Made by a program: the position numbers and the translations under genes. Source: Promethearchaeota archaeon (lineage in GTDB: Archaea; Asgardarchaeota; Lokiarchaeia; Sigyniarchaeales; SOKP01). Taken from it: DNA of 45,219 nt. Below the pieces are notes generated by a model. The model was not told the DNA's origin. It searched no databases and saw nothing but the letters and a program-made list of their open reading frames with translations. The stretch is from positions 1 through 45,219 of the forward strand of contig JAHLWS010000015.1 of NCBI GenBank assembly GCA_019057795.1. The letters run 5' to 3'. This document shows, piece after piece, positions 8,342-17,928 of this stretch (positions are counted from its first letter, which is position 1; each line of letters begins with the position of its first letter).

Positions 8342-10216
8342 ATGAGTGAAAATTTATTTGGTTATAACGGAAAAATTGCTTATGTGAATTTAACCGACCA
8401 AACGGTCGATGTTAAAGATTTGGATGCTCAAGTAGCAAAGGAATACCTCGGTGGTACAGGGTTAAGCGCTAAAATAACTTACGACCTTCTATCAAAAGAC
8501 GATTACGATACTTTAAAAAAAGATGCTTTTTCAGAAATTAATCCATTGATATTTGCGACGGGCCCTGTAACAGGAACTTTAAGGCCATCCTCCGGAAGGT
8601 ACACTGTAACAGCAATATCCCCTCTTACAGGGATATGGGGTGAAGGCAGTTCGGGGGGTTATTTTTGCATTCCTTTACATAATAGTGGTTTCGATGCTAT
8701 AGTTATTGTTGGGAAAGCAAAAAGTCCTATCTATCTATTTGTCCACGATGAAACCATTGAATTTAAAGGTGGAGATGCCGTTTGGGGTAAAGACACGTAC
8801 GAAACCCAATCAATTTTGAAAAAAGAGCTAAACAACGAAAAAATTCGGGTTGCCACTATCGGTATTGCTGGTGAAAATTTAGTGAAATATGCGGGAATAA
8901 TTAACGACGAAGGTAGAGCTATAGGAAGATGTGGTTTAGGTGCTATAATGGGTTCAAAAAACTTAAAAGCAATTGCAATTCACGGAACTAAAAGAATTCA
9001 AATCGCAGATAATAAAATAGGCAGAGAACTGTTAAAAGAAGCAGAAGATGCAAAGAGAGGAGACCTCCTTAAATCAATAACGCCTTATTTATTCACTTTA
9101 TATGGTACAAACTGCTATTTAGACATAGGTATGGCTCTTGGTGACACGCCAGCACATTATTTTACTAAGAACGAATTTTTCGCTGAAAAATTGACGGGGA
9201 AAACATTACGTGAAGAATATCCTGTTTTAGATTACGGATGTGCGGGCTGTACTATGAGATGTGGTAAAACAACAATTATAGAACATGAAGGAAAAGAAAT
9301 CGAAGTAGATGGGCCAGAATACGAGTCTGTCGCGGCATTTGGACCTTTATGCGGCGTTAACGATTCCAAAGAAGTAATTCTCTCGCATCATATGTGCAAT
9401 GTATATGGTTTTGATACTATTTCTGGGGGCGTGTCAATCGCATTTTTAATTTATTTAGTTGAAAACAATTTGGGGATTGATAAAATTAGGTCACATCTAA
9501 AAGATATTGAAATCGGAGAAATAAAGTGGGGAAATGGAGATTTACTTTTAAAATTAATTGATAAAATTGCTAAAAGGGAAGGCATAGGTGATATTCTTGC
9601 TGAGGGAGTACGCACCATGGCAAAAGAATTAAATGTTGATCCTGAATTAGCTGCGCATGTAAAGGGTTTAGAAATGCCCATGCACGATCCAAGAGCTTTT
9701 GCGGGACAAGCTTTAAGTTATATTACTTGTTATGTGGGCGCGAGTCACGAAAAATGCGATTGGTTCAGCGCTGAATTGGGAAATCTCGCGTACCCGCAAT
9801 TACGCATAAAATCTGGAGATAGAACTTCCATAAAAGGTAAAGAAAAGGGAGTTATTGCCTTACAAAACATTAGGGCGATAGATGATTCCGCTGTAAATTG
9901 CAATTTCCTAAACCCCTCACTTGATCACATAATTAAGCACATTAACGCAGCAACGGGTCTTGATTACAGTAAAAAATCTTTATTGCTTGTTGGGGAACGA
10001 ATAAATACTCTTAAAAGACTTATTATATGCAATTTAGGGATAACAAGAGAAGATGATAAACTACCTGGTCATCTCAACAAAGTATTAAAGTCTGGTAAAA
10101 CAGAAGGTGTAAAGCTAGATTTAGATGGAAACTTAAAGAAATATTACAAGATTCGTGGTTGGGATTGGGAAACTGGTTGTCCAACAAAAGAAAAACTCGA
10201 AGAACTTAATATATAA
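8342..10216 (+). CDS. aor: Tungsten aldehyde:ferredoxin oxidoreductase (AOR family)
   Basis: YLGGTGL, SPLTG, GRCGLGAIMGSKNLKAI, CAGCTMRC, GPEYE and HVKGLEMPMHDPR. Confidence 0.93.
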   Translation: MSENLFGYNGKIAYVNLTDQTVDVKDLDAQVAKEYLGGTGLSAKITYDLLSKDDYDTLKKDAFSEINPLIFATGPVTGTLRPSSGRYTVTAISPLTGIWGEGSSGGYFCIPLHNSGFDAIVIVGKAKSPIYLFVHDETIEFKGGDAVWGKDTYETQSILKKELNNEKIRVATIGIAGENLVKYAGIINDEGRAIGRCGLGAIMGSKNLKAIAIHGTKRIQIADNKIGRELLKEAEDAKRGDLLKSITPYLFTLYGTNCYLDIGMALGDTPAHYFTKNEFFAEKLTGKTLREEYPVLDYGCAGCTMRCGKTTIIEHEGKEIEVDGPEYESVAAFGPLCGVNDSKEVILSHHMCNVYGFDTISGGVSIAFLIYLVENNLGIDKIRSHLKDIEIGEIKWGNGDLLLKLIDKIAKREGIGDILAEGVRTMAKELNVDPELAAHVKGLEMPMHDPRAFAGQALSYITCYVGASHEKCDWFSAELGNLAYPQLRIKSGDRTSIKGKEKGVIALQNIRAIDDSAVNCNFLNPSLDHIIKHINAATGLDYSKKSLLLVGERINTLKRLIICNLGITREDDKLPGHLNKVLKSGKTEGVKLDLDGNLKKYYKIRGWDWETGCPTKEKLEELNI

Positions 10217-10286
10217 CTAATTTTTTTTTTATTATAATTTTATTTTTACATATAACATAGCAGTGTTTAAATAATGTTTATTCTTT

Positions 10287-11270
10287 TCAATCTCTCTTTT
10301 GATATGTGATTTTTTCTAAAGCTCCTAAAAAATAATCGTTTTCTTTTCTAGTTCCTATTGTAACCCGAAAATATTCTGAACCTAGTTGTTTTGATATGTC
10401 TAATACCAATACTCCTTGCTCGGTAAGCTTTTTTGTAATGTTAGGTATTTTTGTTTTCATTAATAAAAAATTCGAATAACTTTTAAAAACTGAGATATCC
10501 AATTTTGAAACAACACTTCTAATTCGAATTTTTTCTTTTTCAACTTCTTTAATATATTCTATTGCATAGTTTTGATTTTTCAAGGCACTTATGCCAGCTA
10601 CTACGTTTGGATAGGGTAGCATTGTATTTATTCCAAAAAACCTCTTTTGGATAGTTTCTCCTCCAATTATATATCCCACTCCTAACCCAGATAATCCAAA
10701 CCCCTTGCTTAATGTTCTTAAAATAGCTAGATTAGGATAATCTGCGATTAAATTAACATATGATACATTTGAAAATTCAAAATAAGCTTCGTCCACTAAA
10801 AAAATGATGTTTTCATTTTCTAATATCAATCTTACTTCGTTTTTATCTAAAATTATATTTCCAGTTGGGTTATTGGGGTTATCTAAAATAATTAATGTTG
10901 GTTTTTTTAACTCATCAATTAACGGTACAATTGAAAATTTAAATTCAGGTTCTTTTAATCTTACCTTTAAAATTGAAGAATAGGTCTTTCGACAGGTGGC
11001 GTTAATTAAGAAAAATGACGGATCAGCGAGAACAATTTGCCGGTTTTTCGAAAAAAGATAAATAAATTCTTTAAGCAAGATATCTGATGCAGTACTAATA
11101 ATAATTGAATTTTTAGGAGAATTCGTATACATACTTAACAAAGATAATAATTCGTCTACTTTACTTTGAGGTGTATATCGATTTAAAAATTCTATGCTTT
11201 CTTTGATAGGATCGGTAATCTCTCTTGGGAGCTTTATAGGCATTTCGTTTCTATCTAATCTAACTAACAT
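10287..11270 (-). CDS. PLP-dependent class I/II aminotransferase, HisC/CobD-like (divergent)
   Basis: RLDRNEMP, NPNNPTG, VDEAYFEF, LRTLSKGFGLSG and FRVTIGT. Confidence 0.85.
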   Translation of the reverse strand: MLVRLDRNEMPIKLPREITDPIKESIEFLNRYTPQSKVDELLSLLSMYTNSPKNSIIISTASDILLKEFIYLFSKNRQIVLADPSFFLINATCRKTYSSILKVRLKEPEFKFSIVPLIDELKKPTLIILDNPNNPTGNIILDKNEVRLILENENIIFLVDEAYFEFSNVSYVNLIADYPNLAILRTLSKGFGLSGLGVGYIIGGETIQKRFFGINTMLPYPNVVAGISALKNQNYAIEYIKEVEKEKIRIRSVVSKLDISVFKSYSNFLLMKTKIPNITKKLTEQGVLVLDISKQLGSEYFRVTIGTRKENDYFLGALEKITYQKRD

Positions 11271-11342
11271 GATTCGTACCTTATTTGATAAAAATCGCTC
11301 TTATTATTTTTCAATATATTAACAATGTTAGAAAATAAATGC

Positions 11343-12449
11343 TTAACATTCAATCTCTATTATTAGCTCCTCTTTGTATCCGATTATCACTTTTGCAAGT
11401 CCTTTAAGCATTTCATCGGTCTTAATATCGCCAGTATCTACCATTAAACATCTTAAACCTTTAATTTTTTCTTCAGTTGAAACTATTTTAACATTCTTTT
11501 TTCCAATTTTTTTTAGAATTTTAGGAGTAATCTGCTTATTACCTCTTCCAAAAATAAATCCTTGTCCACCTATTGGCGAAACGATAATCTTAGCCTTTTT
11601 ATGTTTATCCAAAAGTTCTAGGATTCCATGTTCATTTAAATCTATCCCAATAATCTTATCGTTATAAAGAGCATCTACTCCAAGTAAGCTTTTTATTAAC
11701 TTTAACTGATCGGTGATTGCTTTTACAGTTGTACCAGGCCCAAGTAAATATAATGTATCAGCTTCTAAATTTTCAATAACATGTTGAGCAATTTCATGTT
11801 TATTTTCTTCAATGGATCTTCCTATTTTAGAACTATCTTTTCCAGCCTGTAGAAGATTTATAACTTTAGGTACATTTAAGTACCCATATAGTCTTGAATC
11901 TAAAATTCCTTCTCGAAATGATTCTTCATTAATATCTAAAACCTCGTTTTCTTGAAGTTCTATTGTTTCCTTTATGAATTTATTAACAATTTCGGCAGCA
12001 GCTCTAGGATTAATGGCAAAAACAGAGCTGAACATTTTAACGCCAGAAGGTATTGCCACAACAGGTATTGATAAGCCTATGGCATCGTGAATATCTCTGG
12101 CTGTCCCGTCTCCGCCACAAAAAATCAATAATTCAATATTTTGTTGTTTCATCATTTTAGCTATTTTTTTTGTATCTTCAGCAGTAGTTTCTTGATTAAT
12201 ATCGCCAATTATTTCGAAATTAATACCAGTTTCTTTCACAAAATTAGCGCCCATATTTCCTGGAGCAACTAATAAATGAATTTTACCTTTGGTTTTTATA
12301 TTAGAAAGAAAAGAGCGAATTCTGTCAGGAGTTATTGGCCTAGCTCCCATTTTAATAGCTTTCTTAAATGTATGACCATCAGTTCCTTTAAGTCCTACAC
12401 TTCCACCCATTCCCGCAATAGGATTTATAATAAGCCCTATTTTTCGCAT
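11343..12449 (-). CDS. ATP-NAD kinase-family protein (COG3199-like)
   Basis: INPIAGMGGSVGLKGTDG, GGDGTARD, IPSGVKMFS and GQGFIFGRGNKQ. Confidence 0.88.
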   Translation of the reverse strand: MRKIGLIINPIAGMGGSVGLKGTDGHTFKKAIKMGARPITPDRIRSFLSNIKTKGKIHLLVAPGNMGANFVKETGINFEIIGDINQETTAEDTKKIAKMMKQQNIELLIFCGGDGTARDIHDAIGLSIPVVAIPSGVKMFSSVFAINPRAAAEIVNKFIKETIELQENEVLDINEESFREGILDSRLYGYLNVPKVINLLQAGKDSSKIGRSIEENKHEIAQHVIENLEADTLYLLGPGTTVKAITDQLKLIKSLLGVDALYNDKIIGIDLNEHGILELLDKHKKAKIIVSPIGGQGFIFGRGNKQITPKILKKIGKKNVKIVSTEEKIKGLRCLMVDTGDIKTDEMLKGLAKVIIGYKEELIIEIEC

Positions 12450-12497
12450 ACTGAAATCTCTTCCTCTTAATTGAAATTTTGTTTCTCTATTAAATCG

Positions 12498-13319
12498 TTA
12501 ATTTAAATTTCTTAAAAACTCTTGTTTCCTCTTCTCTCCTTTCTTTTCTAATTTTGGCCACATTTTTTGAACCCTCTTGGGGAAACACATAATAAATTTA
12601 GATAAAGTTCCTTGAAAGTGAGGGACACAAATCTCTACTTTATTTTTAAGAATTGCTTTTAATACTGCTTTAGCGACTTCTTCAGTCTTTACAGGGTCAC
12701 TTAAAAATGTTAAGGGCGACCCGCCATGCTTTGCTTCGTATTCTAACATAGGTGTGTCTACAGAATCAGGAAAAATAGTGGAGACGGTTATATTGTGTTT
12801 TTTAAGTTCAAGACTTAAGGTTAGATCAAAACCTCTGAGGGCGAACTTGGTTGCTGTATAAATTGAACTATAAGTTTCTGGAACTATTCCTGCTAGAGAA
12901 GAAATAGTAACAATATTTCCCCCTCCCGCATCTTTCATTATTGGAATAACTTCTTTGGTACAATGAATTATACCTAATAAATTAACATTAATTTGTTTTT
13001 CAATATCCGAATAATTAGTATTTTCGAAAAGAGCAGGAATGATAATACCAACTGTATTAATAAGAATATCTACTGTTCCATACTTTGAATTTGTTTGTGA
13101 AATTAAGTTTTTTACTTGTTCTATTTTTGTTATATCACAAGGAATAATTAATGGTTCTTGTGAAAGCTCTCTTGCAATTACTCTTAAGCCTTCTTCATTA
13201 ATATCTGTCAAAATTAATTTTGTATCATATATATCAAATAACTTTGCTATTTCTCTCCCGATACCTCCTGCTGCTCCTGTAATAATTGTTATTTTATCTT
13301 TTAAATCATTTTTTTTCAT
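12498..13319 (-). CDS. Short-chain dehydrogenase/reductase
   Basis: TGAAGGIG, SSLAG, YTATKFALRG and PDSVDTPM. Confidence 0.92.
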   Translation of the reverse strand: MKKNDLKDKITIITGAAGGIGREIAKLFDIYDTKLILTDINEEGLRVIARELSQEPLIIPCDITKIEQVKNLISQTNSKYGTVDILINTVGIIIPALFENTNYSDIEKQINVNLLGIIHCTKEVIPIMKDAGGGNIVTISSLAGIVPETYSSIYTATKFALRGFDLTLSLELKKHNITVSTIFPDSVDTPMLEYEAKHGGSPLTFLSDPVKTEEVAKAVLKAILKNKVEICVPHFQGTLSKFIMCFPKRVQKMWPKLEKKGEKRKQEFLRNLN

Positions 13320-13400
13320 AATTATAATTCTTCTAAATACTCAGTTTCAATTAATAATTAAAAACATTTTTTAATTTTCAAAAAAAAATAAATAAAATAA

Positions 13401-14264
13401 TTAAATCTTTTTGCCCATCTTCTTTCGAGCTTTTTTAAGATCACCATCTGTAACCCAATGAACCAACTTTGGGAATAATCTCATCAATCTCCAAAACAAT
13501 TTTGCTGTTCCTGCAAAGATGTAAAATTTCTTTTTTAGAACCCCTTTTATTATTTTTTCAACTACTTCTTCAGGTTGCAGAAGACCAGCTTTTTCAGCAA
13601 TAATATTTAATTCTTCTGGTCTAGTTTCAGCTTCTTCATGTAGACCTGGAGTATCCGTATCAGGTGGAAAAATTATGGATATGGTAATATTATAGGGTTT
13701 ATATTCATGTCTTAAAACTTCACTCAGTCCTACGATAGCAAATTTAGTAGGAGTATACGCAGCATAACCCATTACACCAATATATCCTGCAACAGAAGAC
13801 ATGTTAATAATATGACCCTCTTTTCGTTCCATATAATAAGGCAATACTGTTAAAATTGGATTTAATTGCCCAAAAAAATTGGTATCCATATGAAGTTTAT
13901 AATTTTCAATGGTCAATTTATCTGTATAATCTGGGAGAGAGATCCCTACAATATTAAACAAATAGTCTGGAACTCCAAACTTTTTAATGTATTCATTAAA
14001 TAATCGTTTGACCTGTTCCATACTGGACAAATCACAAGAAATCACTTCCACAAATTGATTCTCGTTTACTTTCAAGCTTTTAAGCTCTTCAGCAGTAGCG
14101 TTTAATGTATCTATATTTCTTGCCACTATACAGACATTACCACCTAATTGAACGAATAATTTTGCTGTAGCCTTGCCTATTCCTTTTGAGCCACCACTGA
14201 TTATTGCCATTTTGTCTTTAAAAGGTTGTTTTTTTATTAGTTTCTCTTTTACCATTTGATTCAC
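13401..14264 (-). CDS. SDR, 3-ketodihydrosphingosine reductase (KDSR)-like subgroup
   Basis: SGGSKGIG, GYAAYTPTKFAIVGLSEVLRHE and FPPDTDTPGLHEE, the last typical of KDSR-like SDRs. Confidence 0.8.
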   Translation of the reverse strand: MNQMVKEKLIKKQPFKDKMAIISGGSKGIGKATAKLFVQLGGNVCIVARNIDTLNATAEELKSLKVNENQFVEVISCDLSSMEQVKRLFNEYIKKFGVPDYLFNIVGISLPDYTDKLTIENYKLHMDTNFFGQLNPILTVLPYYMERKEGHIINMSSVAGYIGVMGYAAYTPTKFAIVGLSEVLRHEYKPYNITISIIFPPDTDTPGLHEEAETRPEELNIIAEKAGLLQPEEVVEKIIKGVLKKKFYIFAGTAKLFWRLMRLFPKLVHWVTDGDLKKARKKMGKKI

Positions 14265-14277
14265 TTCTCAGTATAAT

Positions 14278-14682
14278 TTAGAAATTTAAATATCCATAAA
14301 TTAAGCAAACGATACCTAAAATTAGCACAGCTGAAACAATAAAGATACTCATGTAGGCATCCATGTCTCTTGTCTTAAACAGACCATTCTGAAGATTAAA
14401 TGCGAAATCTATTAAACCTAAAAACAATAAAGCTCCACTAGCAACTATAGTAAAGAATAGCCCAAATCTCTGCCCTGTAAAAAGTCCTATTGCGGAAATT
14501 ATCAAACAAGTTGTAATTAAACCTAAATCAGGGAGAGGAAAAGATCGTTCATGTTTCAAATACCACTCAGTCTTATCCGGATTTTTATTTTCTACCAAAA
14601 AGAAATAAATCCAAAATCCAATAATTCCAATCGCTAAAATTATCTGTAAGATTGCTATTATAATTTCAATCATTTTTATCAC
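14278..14682 (-). CDS. Hypothetical 4-TM membrane protein
   Basis: Four hydrophobic segments and a WYLKHERSFPLPD loop. Co-directional with the SDRs (13-bp gap). Confidence 0.8.
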   Translation of the reverse strand: MIKMIEIIIAILQIILAIGIIGFWIYFFLVENKNPDKTEWYLKHERSFPLPDLGLITTCLIISAIGLFTGQRFGLFFTIVASGALLFLGLIDFAFNLQNGLFKTRDMDAYMSIFIVSAVLILGIVCLIYGYLNF

Positions 14683-14923
14683 TTTTTAAAATTAAATTTT
14701 TAATTTTATTATAATTTATTATCGATTTTCTTTAGTATATAAATTTTTAATCTTTCTTAATGTCAGAAACTATAAAAAATAATAGATTTTAAATTTCAAA
14801 TCAATAAAATATGTTGATAATTATACGTTAAATCTCTCATAACTTCATTATTTCTATGAAATGTTTTCTATAATAGGAGTCTATATTTAACAAGTCTAAA
14901 ATTAAAATAAGATAAAAAAAAAA

Positions 14924-15739
14924 TTAAAATTGCCACTCTCTAAAACGATTCGCGGCTACTCCTACTTCAGCTATACCCCCGTCGATAGGAAATATATGTC
15001 CTGTTATAAAATCACTTCTAGGAGATGCAAGAAAAATCATTAAGTTTACGACATCTTCAACTGTTCCAATTCTATTAAGGGGTGTTTTAACATCTGACAT
15101 TTTCAAGGATTGTATTACGGTATCTTCGCTATTACCATATATCCCCGTAGTATGATAACCCGGAGCTATCGCATTGGAAGTAATGTAAGGGGCTAGAGAC
15201 TTTGCTACGAGTTGAGTTAAAGCAATAATACCTGCTTTACTAATGCTGTAAGCTGAAAGAGTATCGTCAGCAACTATTCCTGCTATAGAAGTAGTGTGAA
15301 TTACTTTACCTCTCAAAGGTTCCATTTTTTGCCTATTCATCTTACGACAAATATTTTTATCAACTAACCATTGTCCTTTAAGATTTACATTCATGGTTAT
15401 ATCCCATGCTTTTTCACCAATTTTAATTATGTTAACTCCCGCTTGAGCTGCCGTTCCTGCGTTATTAAATAAAATATATACATTATCGAGCTCGTTAAAT
15501 GTTTGTTCAGTCATCCTTTTTACTTGTTTTGAATCTGAAACATCGCAGACAATTGGCACTACTTTTTGTTTTGTTTCTTGTTCAATCTTTTTACTAGTTT
15601 CCTCCAATAAAGTTTCATTTATATCTACTAAAACTAAATCAGCACCTCTCTCAGCAAAAGCAAAAGCGACACCTCTTCCAAAACCGCTAGCACCACCCGT
15701 GATTACAGCTCCCTTTCCTTCTAGAAATTTTTCGACCAT
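14924..15739 (-). CDS. Classical SDR (FabG-like)
   Basis: TGGASGFG, NNAG, YSISK, NAIAPG and FITGHIFPIDGG. Confidence 0.92.
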   Translation of the reverse strand: MVEKFLEGKGAVITGGASGFGRGVAFAFAERGADLVLVDINETLLEETSKKIEQETKQKVVPIVCDVSDSKQVKRMTEQTFNELDNVYILFNNAGTAAQAGVNIIKIGEKAWDITMNVNLKGQWLVDKNICRKMNRQKMEPLRGKVIHTTSIAGIVADDTLSAYSISKAGIIALTQLVAKSLAPYITSNAIAPGYHTTGIYGNSEDTVIQSLKMSDVKTPLNRIGTVEDVVNLMIFLASPRSDFITGHIFPIDGGIAEVGVAANRFREWQF

Positions 15740-15903
15740 ATTTTATCATCTTTTAATAATTTATTTTAATATATATTTGTTTCTTCCTTCTTTTAAGTTT
15801 TTAATTCAAAGATAAATGTTGAAAATCTAGAGGCAAATATTTATTTACTTAACTCATTTTTAGATTTAATATAGAAAATAGAAAATTTAAGTGATTCAAA
15901 AAA

Positions 15904-17484
15904 ATGGTAGATAAGATAATTCCTTTTCTAATCGATGTTGGCTCCGTGATCCCTGCCCGCTCAAAAGCTACATTACTAGATGAAATGGCGATGGCATTAA
16001 ACGAATGTATAAACATTTATGGAAAGACCATTAAAAAATTAGGCAAGATAAACAGAATTACTGCTTGTTTTTGGCCCGTTCGTTTAGTTCCTTTAAACGA
16101 TACTCGTGCTTGCGTTTGTAGTTATCTGTTAAATAAACAAGAGAAATTAAATGTAGGAAAATTTTCAGAAACGCCACCCAGCCCAGATAATATAATTCAA
16201 GGTGCAGATTCAACATCATTCTTAAATTCTTTGCAGTCGTATAATAGTAACTATTTAAAGAAATCTAAAAATTATAAAAGAGGTACGGCAATTCAAGAAG
16301 CCCTTTTTAGCGCTAGTGAAGTTGAGTATTTTAAAAACTTCTTCTTAAATCAATACAATGTTAGTTCATTTAGTGAGCCATATTTCCTCTTAGAAGGAGG
16401 ACCTATTCCTAAAAGCATAAACCAAGCAAAGATAATTCCAGAAGTTTTTGATTTCATATCTCAAAAAGATGTTAAACTACTAGATAATTATGGTCAGACT
16501 ATTATCAAACTATGTGATAAGTGGATTCAGCGCGGTGCCCAAGACACTGACAAATTAAGAAGTCGAAAAGTCGATACGAGCGAAGAAGAAAAGCAATTGG
16601 CAATAGTTACTAGAGAATTAGAAGCTGAGAAAACCCGAAAAATAGAAGCTACGCCTCAAGAATTAGTAAAAAGTGGAAAGTATAAAATTAACGATAAAAC
16701 TGGCGATCTTTACAACAATCTTAGCGCAATAAAAAATAGCGTCGATAGACTAAAAAATTCAATCAATAAAAACGACTTATTTGAAGTTGAAGGTGCTCTA
16801 AAAGATTTACGCATAAAATATCAGGATCTAGGGAATACAATTAGCAGATATGAATCCGAAATCGCTCAAATAAGGAAGAATATACAACGAGAGATAAATG
16901 ATTTAGAAAAAACCAGGCAACAAAAAATTCGAGAGCTTGAAAGGAAAAAATCTGAGATTGAAAATAAAATTCAAACGAAACATAGTGAAATTAGCAGCGA
17001 CCTTTCTTCAGCCGAGAGCATAGTTGCAAGAATCAAACAAGAAAAGCAATCTTGTCTTGATAACATCGAAAGAATTAAAGATGTTGAAATGACTAATGTT
17101 CAAAACTTCTTTAAAACTTATTCTATTGAAATTATGACTAAAGATGTGATCGTAGGCATACCTATGTTTATTTTCTACTTTGTTGATCCAAATACGCGCA
17201 GAACTACAGAAAGAGCTCCCGTTTTTCCTATTTTGATAAAAAAAGGGAAAATCCAACGGACAAAAGTAACAGATTCCTTTAGAAATAAATTAAGGGATTT
17301 AATGAATAAAGACAACGCGATGATAAATTTAGTCGATAAAGGAGGAGAAACAGGCAATTTGATGGATATGAAAAATCTGGATAATAAGCTCGAAGAATCA
17401 ATCAACGATTTACGTATTAGGAAAATACTAGGTAAAAAAGAAGCTGATAGAGATAAAAACGTAATTAGCGATTTAATTTGGTAA
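15904..17484 (+). CDS. Hypothetical long coiled-coil protein
   Basis: 526 aa. Heptad-rich, highly charged region at about aa 215-400, flanked by globular N- and C-terminal segments. Confidence 0.8.
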   Translation: MVDKIIPFLIDVGSVIPARSKATLLDEMAMALNECINIYGKTIKKLGKINRITACFWPVRLVPLNDTRACVCSYLLNKQEKLNVGKFSETPPSPDNIIQGADSTSFLNSLQSYNSNYLKKSKNYKRGTAIQEALFSASEVEYFKNFFLNQYNVSSFSEPYFLLEGGPIPKSINQAKIIPEVFDFISQKDVKLLDNYGQTIIKLCDKWIQRGAQDTDKLRSRKVDTSEEEKQLAIVTRELEAEKTRKIEATPQELVKSGKYKINDKTGDLYNNLSAIKNSVDRLKNSINKNDLFEVEGALKDLRIKYQDLGNTISRYESEIAQIRKNIQREINDLEKTRQQKIRELERKKSEIENKIQTKHSEISSDLSSAESIVARIKQEKQSCLDNIERIKDVEMTNVQNFFKTYSIEIMTKDVIVGIPMFIFYFVDPNTRRTTERAPVFPILIKKGKIQRTKVTDSFRNKLRDLMNKDNAMINLVDKGGETGNLMDMKNLDNKLEESINDLRIRKILGKKEADRDKNVISDLIW

Positions 17485-17527
17485 TTTTACCAATTTTTTT
17501 TAAAATAATTTTTACATATTTTTTTCA

Positions 17528-17698
17528 TTATCCCTTGTAATTCATTTTTTGTCCACAACATTCTGGAATAGGTCGATAACTACACTCTTCTGATTCACAA
17601 CAACATAGTAAATAGTCGTCCTTCATAATCATTGACTGATCGCAACATAAAGGCACATCTTTTTCATTTCCGCAAATCTCGCATCTTAATTTTGATAT
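17528..17698 (-). CDS. Small Cys-rich metal-binding protein (tandem desulforedoxin-like units), probable ATA start
   Basis: Not in the track. (I/M)SKLRCEICGNEKDVPLCCDQSMIMKDDYLLCCCESEECSYRPIPECCGQKMNYKG has 10 Cys in 56 aa. SD-like GAGGTG at 17713-17708. Confidence 0.7.
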   Translation of the reverse strand: MSKLRCEICGNEKDVPLCCDQSMIMKDDYLLCCCESEECSYRPIPECCGQKMNYKG

Positions 17699-17928
17699 TA
17701 TTTAAATCACCTCTTCTATGAGTTTCCAACTTAGTTATATTATTTTAAATAGAAAAAAGCTTGTTTTATTTAATATAAATTTATTTCATATCCCCATTTT
17801 AAATAAAAAGCAATTTTTCTTGAATGATTGTGAATTATTAAAATTGCCGTAATCTTTGAATTTTATTTAAAAATATTCAAAAATTATGTTTCTTATCTAT
17901 TCTCATTAGAAATAAATGGAGATGAATA

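Noticed and set aside
15904-17484. SMC/Rad50 ATPase
   Set aside because: No Walker A, Walker B or signature motif, and too short.
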